A DNA stretch of 64,000 nt, taken from NCBI GenBank assembly GCA_012295275.1, contig CM022672.1:28830001-28894000 (forward strand), read 5' to 3'. The notes below the pieces were generated by a model that did no database searches, was not told where the DNA came from, and saw nothing but the letters and a program-made list of their open reading frames with translations. This document shows, in pieces, positions 38,641 to 51,971 of the stretch. Made by a program: the position numbers and the translations under genes. Positions within the stretch are counted from its first letter, which is position 1. Each line of letters opens with the position of its first letter. Source of the stretch: Chrysomallon squamiferum (lineage: Eukaryota; Animalia; Mollusca).

Positions 38641-39361
38641 TCTTGGGTGTTCTTGCTTGGCCAAAAAAGAATGCATATTTATGACACTGTTTAAAAGGGT
38701 AATTTAAATATTTGTAATATGCATCTGTTCCTTAGTGAAAACATTTCCCCTTTTTGACATTTACAGATGCTTTTTATACCTCTCTAAATATAGTGAATTA
38801 ATCATATATTTTATTTTTATTAGAACACATAAAACTCAAAGATTGTTATTGTTTTTCTTTTGAATCAACTTCCACGAGATTTAATTTTTTGTTTACATGG
38901 AGAATTAAGGACGTGATCATTCCAGTACTCTCCATAAACATTATGCATTAAGACCTGGCTAGTAAAATAGGTTAATTGAATATTTTTTAAGTGTCATATT
39001 CATAACAGAATATTACTTAATACTGTTGAATATAAACAAGAAATCTTGTACAACAGCTTTGGAAAGGATAATAAAATTATAAATATCCTATAGAGGATTC
39101 ATCAGAATTTCAGACTTTAAGGCTGATTTTACTGTCAAAAGTGGGTTTAATCAAGGAAGCACATTATACCATATGTGAAGATTGAGTTAAAATATTTCTG
39201 AAAGGCTTCACAAATCAAATTTATGAACTAAGAATTCAGTAAAGAAATGATTGTCATTGGAAGAGTATATCATTCAGATTCAGTTAAATTTTATTTATTT
39301 ATTTAATATTTATTTTAAACAAAAAAGCTCTTGTTAAAATATATTCTCCTTATCTCCACAG

Positions 39362-39724
39362 GATATGAATGTGTTTGATTATCATCATATGAAGAAACTG
39401 CAATTCCATAGAACACAAATTTCAAGCACTATAGAGACTGCTTCTAGTAATGCTACAGTACGGAAGAAAAAGCAATATAAGTGTCATGAGTGTAATTACA
39501 AGACGTGCTATTTACAAAACTATCAAGATCACAAAAGAACACACACTGCAGATTACATCAAATGTCCCTTGTGTCCAAGGCAATTTGCAGGCAAATCAAA
39601 CTATACCAATCATTTAAAAGGACATGCTGGTCTGCTCCGATGTTCAACATGTGGTAGAAGTTACTCATCACTGGGCGGGCTAAGTCACCATAGGAAGACT
39701 AATAAATGCAGTTCATTTATTTAG
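39362..39724 (+). CDS. Gene B alternative terminal exon B-V4: three zinc fingers
   Basis: Acceptor ctccttatctccacag|GAT ATG, phase 0. Confidence 0.85.
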   Translation, partial: DMNVFDYHHMKKLQFHRTQISSTIETASSNATVRKKKQYKCHECNYKTCYLQNYQDHKRTHTADYIKCPLCPRQFAGKSNYTNHLKGHAGLLRCSTCGRSYSSLGGLSHHRKTNKCSSFI

Positions 39725-40894
39725 TTTCATAAACAGCTCCTGGCACTAATATATAAATGTTTGTCAACAGATTTGTGTTTTTGAAGAGATTAGCACAGAA
39801 TGTGTTAATGGTTTGGTTTTAAGAAACAAAGCTTCTTTGATAAAGTGACAAAAAAGTTTTCTTCTGAAAAAAATATACATCAAAAATGAATATTTTTTGG
39901 TGTTTGTTTGTTTGTTTATTTATTTATTTACTTAACACAGATAACAAAAAGATATTTTGGTTTGTTCTGATTTCTTGCACACTGACAGTTGATCCCAGAT
40001 ATAAGCTTGCCAACAAAACTGCAATTAATGTCACTGCACAATAAAACAGTATTATAGTGTAGCAGTTTACTATGAACTTGATAAAGATTATTATTTTGCT
40101 AAAAATGTACTTTTTTAAAATTCTCAGTGCCTAATAGAATGTTTTTATTTATATTTAAAGAACCTACTTTTGACAAATTTAAAATGTATTCTATAGGTAC
40201 ACTGATGGACATATTACATGTAATGAACTGAAAAATCACTAATTTGTTGCCACTGATTAATATTGCGGTAATTGTTGATGTAACAATTACAAAATTTGCC
40301 AAATTTATGAAAATTGCATCTGGTTAAAACTGCAAAGTTAATTGCTCATACGCTTTATGTATTTCTTTAATTAAGCTTTTAATTTGAAAATAAACCTTAA
40401 TTATTCATATTTACTGCAACTTTTTCTGTGAGTTTCCATTATAAAATAAAAAAAGACATAAATCTTTGTTGTGTGCTCTGTTTTGTTTTGTCATGGCATA
40501 CTTTAGTTTTGGTATAGTTATGTTCTATATGATTTTTTCAATGCAAATGCATATTATACCCTAATTTCTATAGAGTTTTTCAGTGGGCTTATGATTAATA
40601 GAGACATTTGTTTTATTTTTCAAGATATCATAAATGTATATTTAGTATTATATTTTTGTAATTACTGTGGTTAAACCCATTTTAATGCAAAAATAATTCT
40701 GTTTCTAAGAAAATAAACCCATTGTAATCACCTGTTATCTTCACATTTCTTTTATATGAACATTATTCACAGTCCATGTGCAGAAAATAGTTTTAAACAT
40801 TTCTTATTCTGAGAAATAAGGAGGATTTAGATCAAATGCTGTTTATTTCCATATTTCTCATAGGTTTTAAAATTTGCCCTCCTTATCTTCACAG

Positions 40895-41251
40895 GATACA
40901 AGACAACATACTCCTAATGAATTGAAGAACTTGCAATCTGATAGAAGTATAAGTATTTCATCACGTTTCATGTCATCAAAAATGCCTTCAGCCCAACGGA
41001 AGATTCACAAATGTCAATATTGTAATTACCAATCTTCCAACTTGTCAAACTTCAAGGATCACTGGAGAAGACACACTGGTGATTACTTCAAATGCAATCT
41101 CTGTGCAAAGCAATTTCCCAGCAAAGCTAATTATATCAACCACATGAAGGGACATGCAGGCCTGCTGAAATGTGTTGCTTGCAGTAAGAATTATTCAACT
41201 CTTGGTGGGCTTATTGCTCATCAGAAAAGACATAAATGTGAAGCTCTTTAA
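40895..41251 (+). CDS. Gene B alternative terminal exon B-V5: three zinc fingers
   Basis: Acceptor ctccttatcttcacag|GAT ACA, phase 0. Confidence 0.85.
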   Translation, partial: DTRQHTPNELKNLQSDRSISISSRFMSSKMPSAQRKIHKCQYCNYQSSNLSNFKDHWRRHTGDYFKCNLCAKQFPSKANYINHMKGHAGLLKCVACSKNYSTLGGLIAHQKRHKCEAL

Positions 41252-41444
41252 CAAGACATACTTGAAAATGTTACTTCAGATACATTCTGCACGAGAAAAG
41301 GAAATTCCGTTACAACTTAAAGGGACAGATGAATAGATACTGACATTTGTGTTAAACCTATGGCAAGTAACAATATATCTATTATTCCATCCAGCAAGAA
41401 GGTTTAGTCCCATTTTGTAAACAAAAATTTGGAAACATATTTTT

Positions 41445-41528
41445 GTACTCTACATTCCAGTACAGGTTCCAGTACATACTGGTCTCAGTACTCTACATTC
41501 CAATACACATTCCAGTAAATACTGGTCT
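41445..41528. repeat. Two-copy ~43-bp tandem duplication
   Basis: gtactctacattcca(g/a)taca..ttccagta(c/a)atactggtct twice. Confidence 0.75.
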
Positions 41529-41953
41529 AAAATAACACAATGTAAAACACTTGAAATTACTGTTCAGCTGATATCTGGAATTCTAAAGAATTTAGAAATT
41601 TATGGAGAAAAGACAAACCCAGCTCAGTGGTTTTTATTATACTTTTTTTTAAATTGGATTTACTTCATAGGATAAAAATGATTAAATACATTTAAAAATA
41701 TGATTACTCAGCTTTGACAGTCTGGAGAGGAAAAACATCTTTCTTGAAACCACAGCTTTTTCATTAGTATAATGATAAAAATTAACATATTTTTAATGTA
41801 CCTTTTTAATTTAGGTGACATTATTTTACTATAACTTTAACAATGAAACTAGTGACATTTAGAACTCAAAATAGAAGAAATAATTTGCAACAGTTTCAGT
41901 TGAAACGGATGTATTCATGAACAAATTTCTAAAACCGATCCTTATCTCTGCAG

Positions 41954-42310
41954 GATGCAGCAACACTTGCATTCCATGATTGGCGTCAAATGCATTTTGA
42001 TAGCAGACCAAACCTATCCATAAAACAGACTGGAAATCGTGTTCGAGCTGGAAACCATAGAATCTACAAGTGCGAAGACTGTGCATACCAGACAAATCAC
42101 TTATCAAAATTCCGAGACCATAGAAGAATCCACACAAAAGATTATATCCAGTGTGAGCTGTGTCCAAGACACTTCTGCAGCAGATCAAACTATTCAAACC
42201 ACATGAAGCTGCATGCTGGTCTGCTCAACTGTAGCATCTGTGGCAAAAAATATTTTTCTTTGTCAGGATTTCTCTCCCACCAGAAGTTGCACAAAGGACT
42301 GCCTCATTAA
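41954..42310 (+). CDS. Gene B alternative terminal exon B-V6: three C2H2 zinc fingers
   Basis: Acceptor atccttatctctgcag|GAT GCA, phase 0. Confidence 0.85.
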   Translation, partial: DAATLAFHDWRQMHFDSRPNLSIKQTGNRVRAGNHRIYKCEDCAYQTNHLSKFRDHRRIHTKDYIQCELCPRHFCSRSNYSNHMKLHAGLLNCSICGKKYFSLSGFLSHQKLHKGLPH

Positions 42311-42814
42311 AAAAAAATTATATATATATTTTTTTTTTTGCATTTTAAAATAGAAAAGGACATATATATTTAAATGATATTTTCAGTTGGACTGTTTGTT
42401 TCTATGTTGAAAAAAAGGAGATAAATTTATATCAAGTGTATGTTTTACGATTTTTAATGATATTGATATTAGACTGATATGTCAAGGCTTGTCCACAATG
42501 TTTTCATTTATCATAATGTTTAGAATATTAATTAATTTTATTAGTTGTGTTTTACTTTTTATGAGAATAGCTGTTTCATATTATCTGTTGTTTAGTTTTC
42601 TCTTAAATCTAGTGTAAATATGACTCGATTAAAGCTAGGTATTACTGCATCTCCCTCCCCACTCCCCACCAAGAAAATAAAATAAAAATTATAAATAATC
42701 ACAGTAACCAACAAACTAGTGGCACTGACTTCATATTTTATTTGTTAAAAGAAGTAATTCATTAATTCAGATTAATGGAGAAAAATTCTAAAAGTAACTT
42801 CATTATCTCTGCAG

Positions 42815-43150
42815 ACTTCGGCTTTATCTAGTTCAGTTGACTGGGATGAAGTACATTACAGGAACAGAAATCTGATATCTGCCAGAAAAAGAAGAAAGAA
42901 GATTCATTTCTGTGATGATTGTAACTATCGGACATCCCACATCACAAATTTCAAGGATCACAGGAGGATACATACTGGAGAATATATTAAGTGCCCTTTG
43001 TGTCCAAGTCGGTTCTATAGCAAATCTAACTATGGAAGTCATATGAAAGGTCATGCAGGCTTGCTAAAGTGTCCAGTATGTGGAAAACAGTATACATCAC
43101 TTGGTGGTTTATTGGCTCATAGGAAAACCTGTGAGAAACAAAATTGTTGA
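42815..43150 (+). CDS. Gene B alternative terminal exon B-V7: three zinc fingers (not in ORF track)
   Basis: Acceptor ttcattatctctgcag|ACT TCG, phase 0; 336 nt open: TSALSSS..CDDC..HRRIH, CPLC..HMKGH, CPVC..HRKTC..*. Confidence 0.85.
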   Translation, partial: TSALSSSVDWDEVHYRNRNLISARKRRKKIHFCDDCNYRTSHITNFKDHRRIHTGEYIKCPLCPSRFYSKSNYGSHMKGHAGLLKCPVCGKQYTSLGGLLAHRKTCEKQNC

Positions 43151-43505
43151 CATTGACAGAGTATAAAATTAAAGCGTGTTTTCACCAAAATGTTTCTAGT
43201 TTCTCTTCTACTAGTAATTGTTACTGTTCCTTTTAAATAATTGGCATTATTCTTGAAATTTGTTCAGACCTTAGTCATTTTCTATTATTTTGTTTATTGC
43301 AGTTTGAATAAAATAAAAACAGTTTGGTATCTGTTTTGTTTTTTGTGTGTGTGAATTACAAGTTTCTGATAAATGTCACCCCTGAAGAAGTAATCATATA
43401 TTCTGACTTGTCAAAATATTATTTTACTGTTTAATAGTAACCAAAATGTAATCACAGAAGCTCAACTTTAAAGACACTTGTTAAATTAGCGTGCATGTGT
43501 GTAGG

Positions 43506-43625
<120 letters not shown>

Positions 43626-43838
43626 CTGTCATAATGAAAACATTCAGAAAAGCAAATATATTAACCAAAAATACTAATAATTAAGGATACAATGTTTCTT
43701 GACTCTGAGAAATTAGAATAGGAAGTTAATAGTTCCATTATTTAATAATTTTGTTTTAAGATGGTTAACCTATTCATACAAGTTACTTCCACACTTGGTA
43801 ATGAGTTATTCATAAAGCACTTCATTATTCTTTCACAG

Positions 43839-44168
43839 CATTCTCAACTGCTGGCCTTACATCGGCCCAGTGATGCAGCAGTTTTTACCAAAACATCTGT
43901 TAACAAGAAGAAGATATTCCACTGTGATGTATGTAGCTACCAGACTTCTAATTCAACTCATATCACAAATCACAAAAGAATACACACTGGAGAGTATTTT
44001 AGATGTCATCTCTGTCCAAGTCGCTTTTCCAGCAGAAGTAACTATGCTATTCATATGAAGGGACATGCAGGTTTACTCAAGTGTGCTGTCTGTGGAAAGA
44101 CGTACACTTCAATACAAGGACTTATATCTCATAGAAAAATGCACAAGCTGTTTCCAAAACAAAGTTAG
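43839..44168 (+). CDS. Gene B alternative terminal exon B-V8: three C2H2 zinc fingers
   Basis: Acceptor attattctttcacag|CAT TCT, phase 0. Confidence 0.85.
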   Translation, partial: HSQLLALHRPSDAAVFTKTSVNKKKIFHCDVCSYQTSNSTHITNHKRIHTGEYFRCHLCPSRFSSRSNYAIHMKGHAGLLKCAVCGKTYTSIQGLISHRKMHKLFPKQS

Positions 44169-46692
44169 GTGATACTCCCTTTGGTACTTCTATTACAAGA
44201 GCTTAATGAGGTATATTTCAAAGGATAAAGTGAACTAGAAAAACAAATTTATTGGCAGATTGATTATACATATGGTATTACATGGTACAGTTTGAGAGAA
44301 AAAAATAGAAATTTTATTATTTGGTAGCAGCAGCAAAGCAAAGCAGGCTACCCACAAGTGATGAGCATAAAAAGGACTTGCAGAAGAAGTGGAGAAACCA
44401 ACCAAAAGGCCTAAAACCAAATCTTGTTTTAAATACATATCATTACTGTTCAGTTACAGACCTGTAGGAATTTGATGGTTTGATTATTTTTATGAGTAGC
44501 TCTCTGTTCATTCAGTGTGTGCAAAGTTTGGAGCCAATCTTTCATACGGACCATTTTCTGTATCCTCTTTGGAAACAGTTTTAATGAGAAAATATAATTA
44601 TGTTGTTCCATTTAATCCCTCACACAAAAGGAAGAAAGAAATCTGTGCTGAATAATATATTTTTTTTGTTTTGTTTACAAATTTTGAACAGTTTCAGTAC
44701 TTTTTTCTCAGTTTTTGTGTACTACGAGTATATCGCATAGGAATGAAAACTTCAGATGTTACTTACATTATGAGTACTTTCCAAGTGCATTTTGTATTGG
44801 TGTTTTAGCATGCTCATAAAATAATAAAATAAAGAACATATATATAATAAACCTATCTAAATAATAAAAATAATAATAAATGCCATCTGAAAATATAGTT
44901 TCAGATCCTTAAAGTACAGTGATATCTTGGTTCTCTAATGACCCTTTTTGAATAAATCAATTCTTGAGTTACAAAGTTTTGTTGAAATCATTTCAGAAAA
45001 ACTAGCAAATGGCACAATGAGCATTTTCAACATTTTAAGCAACAAATTTTGTTAGACAGGTTTTTGTGAAAATAAAGTGAAATAAACAGATTGTAGTGGT
45101 GTAAAGGGACAGAACAGAAAGGAGAAGAGTTACCTGACTCTTGATGCAAGGTAATTCCTCTTCCAAACAGTAACTCCTCTTTTCCTCACCCCTTTCCACT
45201 TACACCATCTGCATTCTTCTGTACAGGTAAAGTGCAGTTTAAGTTTCATTTACTCTGTTGATAGTTTTTTTGTGTATGTGATGTTATGCTTGTAAGTATT
45301 ATTAATTCAGGTTTAAATAACCTATTGATCTTTATTTTATTTTATTATTTTATTTTTTATATTTTTTATTTTTTTATTTTTTACATAAAATTGTTTATAA
45401 AACAGAATTTTGGGGCTCTGTAACATTTTAAATCAATTTATAATATTACTTATGGAGTAAAAATGTATTTGTTTTTAGAACTTTTTCTGGAATGGAATTA
45501 AGTTTGAAAATCATGGTACCACTGTACTTTTATCATGTGATTATGTATATAATTTTAAAGTTATACCTTATGTGGAAAGAAAACAATAACTTTTGTAATA
45601 TTTTTATGCATCAGTTCCAAAAGATGATCAAAATTATTTATCTTGTGAACATTAATATTTATTGATCATAGACAGACCTTATTTCTTTAATTATGTAAAT
45701 TTTGCAGAAGTGAAATATTATTTATTGCTTCTAATCAGTATACCATGAACTTAATTTTATTGTAATCCTGTATATCTTAAGCTTGACAATTTGTAAGAAT
45801 AAAAAAATAATAATAATAAAAAAAAAACTTGCATATGAAAAGAAAAAGATTCTCTTTAATTTTTATTTTTATTTTTTTATTTATTAGGCTATCAGAAAAA
45901 CCTACGTCAGTTTCCTTAGTTACATTTCCATAATATGTACATGTATTACATGATGTTATACATAGACACATACAAACATACATCGTTTATATACACATTT
46001 AAAAACAAAAACCCCAATAAACCAAAAAACCCAAAACCCCAGAAAACAACCAGTATTTTACATAATAGTATGTTTTGATATATTGAAGTTAAAATGTTAT
46101 TTTGAAAAATTAACATTTATATAAATAAATACAAGTTATGCAAATTGAGTATTTGTTTTGTTTGGTTATTTATGTTAGTTCCTTGATTCCCAAAAATTAT
46201 TATTAGTCTTTTTTCATTTGTATATTTAGGCATTGGTAGGCGGAATTATAAAACACATGCAACTTGATGCAATAATTAAGCATCAAATGATTATATTAAA
46301 AGCATTTTATTACATAATGATACTTAAATATTTTTTAATATTAGTTCCATCCATGTTAATTGTTATTCATCAAATTTCATTACTATCATTATTATTTTTT
46401 AATTAGTATCATTTTCTCATTTATTAGAACAATAAACAATTTATATTCTTATGATAATAAATTAATATCTTGTATGAATGGCAGATGTGGAAATGTTACC
46501 ACTTATACTTACAATATCTTAGTATGAGTACTTAAAAAAAAAAAAAAAAAAAAAGTTATTAAATAAATAAATAAAGTGAAAAATCCCCATATATGTGTAA
46601 CCTTGTGGAAATCTAGAAAGTGGATAAAGGACATGTTATGAGGCACTGTACATGGACTTCAAAGTAATGAACCTTTCCATTGTTTTCTACAG

Positions 46693-47058
46693 AGAACTGA
46701 TTACATCCAAGAGACCTTCAGGTCCCATGGCAGCAAAGCAGCACACATGAATCCTTTGAGTTATTCACATGACTTTATGCTTAGGAATGTGGAATCCCAT
46801 AAACTGAAGAAGTGTGACATGTGCGATTATAAAACTTCAAACAGCTCTCACATGAAACTTCACAAGAAGGTTCACTCAAAGGATTTCTTCAACTGTCACA
46901 TCTGTCCTAGTCATTTTTATCAGAAGGATCGTCTGGAAAATCACCTCAAGGGCCATGCAGGTCTTCTTAGGTGTGAAGTTTGTGGCAAACAATATTCATC
47001 TGTCGAAGGTCTTGCCTATCACAGAAAGTCCAGAAAAGGCCTCTGTGGTTACCTTTAA
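46693..47058 (+). CDS. Gene B alternative terminal exon B-V9: three zinc fingers
   Basis: Acceptor cattgttttctacag|AGA ACT, phase 0; third finger lacks a canonically spaced last ligand. Confidence 0.85.
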   Translation, partial: RTDYIQETFRSHGSKAAHMNPLSYSHDFMLRNVESHKLKKCDMCDYKTSNSSHMKLHKKVHSKDFFNCHICPSHFYQKDRLENHLKGHAGLLRCEVCGKQYSSVEGLAYHRKSRKGLCGYL

Positions 47059-48123
47059 GAGGAAAAGCAGAAATTAGGAACTGGTACTTTTCATGAAACT
47101 CATTCAATATGATGGCAACATTTAGTCACAATTTGATTACTTAATGAATCCAAGTTGCTATTTAATAACCACTACAATGCTGTTTATAATTGTTATGTTT
47201 CAGTGATGTCTACAAGTTAATAGATACAGTTAAAATACTAAATATAATTAATTACATTTATAATCGGTCAATCATAATTTTGTGGTTTTCTAAGCTCTTC
47301 TGTAACATTTATATTGTTGCTGCTCTTCACTAGACCATTAATTTAGACACTTTATATTTAAAAAATGCAGTGAATACGTATATTTTAAATTTTTGGCTCT
47401 TCTTGAAATTTATCTTTATTATTTTATTGATATATATATTGACTGTTGTGTTATTATTTCCTTAACATTAATATTTTATTATAATCAATTAAATCAATTA
47501 TTACATTTGTATTACTGTTGTATAGTTCTGCTAATTCTGTTGATATCAATATTTTGACTACTGATGCATTCACGTTACCACTAACTCATCATGGTATCAG
47601 ATCTGTTTACAATACATTTTTATTAACAGTTCAGTGAAATTATTATTTTATATTAGATTATTAGCAAGAAAAAATATATTGAAATTCATATTTTAATATT
47701 ATATTTAAAACATTTTATCTTGTCAGTATCATTGTTGATATATGGACATACAGTTTACTATGTATTATTTGTGTTGGTTCCTGTTTCCAAGAAAGATGTA
47801 GATCATGCTACAAAATTAGTTTTCTTTGTTAAGAAGAATTAACGTATTAACAGATTTTCAATTTGTTACACCTCTAGCATTTGGTCACATATTAACACAT
47901 TATTTTGGTGTGTTCTTGGTTATAATTACCATTTTAATTTTTTAAAATTATTTTCATAATTAAGTGAAACTGTTGACAGGGGTTCTTTGGGAAAAACATT
48001 TCCTACTAGTATTTTTTGTTCATTTCATACCATTGTTTGAACTTCATATTTATGATGTAAATGTGGTGTGTAAATCTTTGGCATGGGTGAAGAACTAAAC
48101 CACATCTTCCTCATATTTCACAG

Positions 48124-48561
48124 ACCTCAAGGCAATCCAATTTTCCAGTTCCTGGCATGATGTCACCACATCTTCAACAACAGCAGGCAGGTTATGGTCC
48201 TGAGTTCTCAGTTCAGCAGCAACAATCATTTGATACACAGACATCATCTTCAATGCATCAAAGTCCTTCAGGCTATCACAGTTTGTCTGCATATGAGGAT
48301 CCAAATGCAAACAAAATTTATAAATGTGATCACTGTAATTATCGAACTAACATACAAGCAAGTCTGAGAATACATCAGCGGATACACACTGGCAATCTTT
48401 TCCGTTGTAATATATGTCCTAGTTACTTTTATCAGAAATCACGACTGAAACATCATCTAGATGCTCATGCTGGTCTTCTTAAATGCCCTACATGTGGGAA
48501 ACAGTATGGATCAAAAGAAGGACTTGTCAATCACATGTTTAAATGTGGACAACAAGGATAA
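48124..48561 (+). CDS. Gene B alternative terminal exon B-V10: Gln/Ser-rich segment plus three zinc fingers
   Basis: Acceptor cctcatatttcacag|ACC TCA, phase 0. Confidence 0.85.
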   Translation, partial: TSRQSNFPVPGMMSPHLQQQQAGYGPEFSVQQQQSFDTQTSSSMHQSPSGYHSLSAYEDPNANKIYKCDHCNYRTNIQASLRIHQRIHTGNLFRCNICPSYFYQKSRLKHHLDAHAGLLKCPTCGKQYGSKEGLVNHMFKCGQQG

Positions 48562-49421
48562 CTGTGCATAATTGTTGTAAATGTGTGTTTGATTTAGATA
48601 GTTCTCTACATACAGATTTAAAGTATACCTCAGTCATCAGACATCTAATAAAGTTGTGTATTTAACTGATTTTTGAAAGACTTCATTTTAAAACTAAAAC
48701 TGACCTGATTTAAATACATAGTAGTACATAGTTGCTTGCTTGGTTTGAAGTTTGATACCTTACTGTGATGTTAAAGCATTTTAATATATTATTAATTTTT
48801 ATTTTCTACTTACATTTATTTTTCAGGCTGTCTTCTTATCTTTTTTTTTTTTTCATGTTGGAGTTTACTTTTTTTGAATTATTTTCTGTTACTTGAAGGA
48901 ACAAAATGCTGATGATTTAAAAGTATTTGTAATTAGTAAAATTTAATTAAAAAGTAAAACATTCTGAATATAACCACATTAAATGTAACTAATTCATACC
49001 ATTAGTTGTCTAAATTGAGAATTGTTATTTAATATATATATATATTTTTTTTTTTGTAATCATCTTGTTGATTATATGTAAACACTGAATTTAGAAACAA
49101 TAAATATTTTCAATTACAACTCTGGTTACTTCTTTGCTTTTAATATTTTTTAAAAAGTAAATACTTTTAATTTCAAAATCATTTTAGTTAAGTTTATTGG
49201 TAAATGAAATCACAAAACAATCAGTTTTGTTTCAGATTTTCTCTTACATCATCATGTTAATGAGGTTATGTGAAATGTGAAATGTTTTAACTGTTTATTT
49301 CCACACATAAAGATTAGGGTAAACTATGAAATTGCTGTCTTGGGTGTAAACCAATGTGGATTATGGTTTGACTGGAGATGATGGTGAAAAGAAAACTAAG
49401 TCTTTACCTTCTTCTCCACAG

Positions 49422-49769
49422 GACAACACCTCTGTGCATGACAACCCATTTGATGATAATCATTATCAGATAAAGACAGCTGCACCAGTTTCCAGACAAA
49501 TGAAGCTGTGTGATGGGAACAAAATATGCAGTTACTGTGGATACCAAACAGGCAATGCTACAAATTTAAAAAGACACGTCAAAGTTCACACAAGGGATTT
49601 TTTCAAGTGTCACCTTTGCAAAAGTCATTTTTATCAGAAATCTCGTCTGAAGAACCATTTGAAAGCCCATGCAGGTGAACTTTGTTGTTCAGTTTGTGGC
49701 AAACATTATGGATCTGTGGAAGGATTGGCTTACCACAGAAAGAAACATGTGACAGACAGACCTGTGTGA
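49422..49769 (+). CDS. Gene B alternative terminal exon B-V11: three C2H2 zinc fingers
   Basis: Acceptor ccttcttctccacag|GAC AAC, phase 0. Confidence 0.85.
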   Translation, partial: DNTSVHDNPFDDNHYQIKTAAPVSRQMKLCDGNKICSYCGYQTGNATNLKRHVKVHTRDFFKCHLCKSHFYQKSRLKNHLKAHAGELCCSVCGKHYGSVEGLAYHRKKHVTDRPV

Positions 49770-50169
49770 AGTAAAGTCAGAAACACTTTGTTATCTTTGG
49801 ACAAAATGTTGTTTCTGTGTTGGATCTTACCATACTATAAATTACAGTGTACGGCTGCATAAAATTTCACTGCATCTAATTTCTTATTTGTTCAGAACAG
49901 GAAAGGAAAATAAAAAATAACATTGCTGCAGTATTACTTCTAATTTCAATGTTGAAACATATATTCACCACTTGAAAGAGCAAGTATGGTTACTTCACTG
50001 AAATTCCAAAGCCAGATTAAATATAATGTAGATATTTATCTTCTGTTTCTTTTGGGGTTGTTGTTTTATGGGTTTTTTAATTGTTTTTTATTATTATTTT
50101 TCTTTATAAGCAAGTTGGAGTTACTAAAATACTAGCAGTTTTCTTATAATGTGTCTTTTTGATTGACAG

Positions 50170-50526
50170 AGGGTTGATGCTTCACAATGTGAAAACATGG
50201 CTCACACAGTATTTCAACATTATCATCCACAACAACTGCAAGGAAGTGTGCTGAAGAAGTGTGACCAATGCAGGTTCACAACAAAACACCTGTCATGTCT
50301 GAACAGACATAAACGTATTCACACTGGCAATATGTTCAAATGCAGTCTTTGTCCTAGACGCTTCTACAGTAAATCATGTCTTGTGCTGCATCTGCAAGGT
50401 CATGCTGGCAAACTCAGATGTCCAACTTGTGACAAGCAATATTCCTCAGCAGAAGGCCTTGCCTACCATATCAAAAGATTAAGAGGAAATTGTAATACTT
50501 CTAGATGTGTCACGCAGTCTGACTAA
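50170..50526 (+). CDS. Gene B alternative terminal exon B-V12: three zinc fingers
   Basis: Acceptor tctttttgattgacag|AGG GTT, phase 0. Confidence 0.8.
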   Translation, partial: RVDASQCENMAHTVFQHYHPQQLQGSVLKKCDQCRFTTKHLSCLNRHKRIHTGNMFKCSLCPRRFYSKSCLVLHLQGHAGKLRCPTCDKQYSSAEGLAYHIKRLRGNCNTSRCVTQSD

Positions 50527-51183
50527 ATAAAGCAAATATGTTTAATTAGTAGTTAAAAAGTAACTACTACATTTAAAAGAAAGAATATCTTTTAATACTA
50601 TTAACATTTACTTTCATTATTTACAAAATAAATATGTTTGTATAAATGTCTTTAATATCGTGTTAATAAAAGTAAAGAATTGTTTGACATTTTTTTCAGT
50701 TTTGTAAAATAAATATTTGTGATTCTGATTGTTGTTTTTATTGAAGTGAAAATATAGCTGGCTTATCATTTTTTACTAGTCATAATAGTAATGTTTTAAG
50801 TTAAGTCACACACGTGTGTACACACAGCAATATTATTTAATGTTGAGAAATTTAGTATAAAATGATTATTATATATATCTGCTGGTGTTTTGATGTGTTG
50901 CTGCACATACTTTTTAGAAACCAAATTAATAATATAAAGTGTTTAAATATATGTGTATTATACAAAAAGGGAGATATAAACTTACTGACAGAAATACACA
51001 TACATATAAACAAGACTAACACATTACTTATCAGGCATTTTTTTTTGTTTTTTACTTACGACATTAAAATAAAAGCAGGTTGGTAAGAATAATTTAAGCT
51101 TTTTTTTTAAATATATTTCTAATCAAACTGAATATTAAGCATCCAAATATTTTTAAGTTTTCTATTAAATTTGTTATTCACAG

Positions 51184-51525
51184 CAAGAGAACTTGTTTGG
51201 TCCTCCTACTGACAAGAATATGCTTTGCTTGGGTTTATCAGCATCCTTCACATCTGCATCTCAAAGACGACCCAAAAAAGTTCATCTTTGTGACCAGTGT
51301 CCATACCGCACTCACCAGGCTTGTCACATGAGAAGTCACAGAATGGTGCACACTGGTGACTTTTTTCAGTGTCAGCTTTGCCCACGACACTTCTCCAACA
51401 AGACTCAATTACAGTATCACCATAAGGCACATCTTGGTTTGTTGAAATGTCCCATCTGTAACAAACAGTATTCTTCCAATGAAGGACTTGCTTATCACAG
51501 AAGAACAGTACACAAGAAGAAATAG
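51184..51525 (+). CDS. Gene B alternative terminal exon B-V13: three C2H2 zinc fingers
   Basis: Acceptor tttgttattcacag|CAA GAG, phase 0. Confidence 0.85.
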   Translation, partial: QENLFGPPTDKNMLCLGLSASFTSASQRRPKKVHLCDQCPYRTHQACHMRSHRMVHTGDFFQCQLCPRHFSNKTQLQYHHKAHLGLLKCPICNKQYSSNEGLAYHRRTVHKKK

Positions 51526-51971
51526 TTATTATACAGACTGGAAACATGACGAATATAAATGATGATTTGTATGGATTATGGATTGCTAAAGACAAATCAT
51601 TTTGTAAACATGATGTTATATTAGTTGATCACTTAACTGTAAAATTCAAACTCTGTTGTGACCAAAAAATACAAAAGTTATTTTTATTATTTTTATTTTG
51701 TTTTATTGGAGCAATAATTTTTACAGTTTTATATTTTATTTAAAATCCTTCCCCAAACATCTCAATATAGCAACAATTATGAATTGTCAAGATATGTGCA
51801 GTAACAGACTAACCATACAGGATACATGTGTCAAAGTGGCATCTAGTGGATAAACCATAGTTTGATTAATTTAATATGAAAGTGTCTGGTAAGGGGGCAG
51901 TGATGTTGTCTTACAGATGTTATTATCAAGTACATTAAAAAGTATTATTTTCAATTATCTTCTTTCTGCAG

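Noticed and set aside
45088-45210. Imperfect purine/pyrimidine hairpin as an ncRNA or splicing docking site
   Set aside because: Pairing is loose, with no recognisable RNA family and no matching selector sequences seen before the exons; more likely a MITE remnant.
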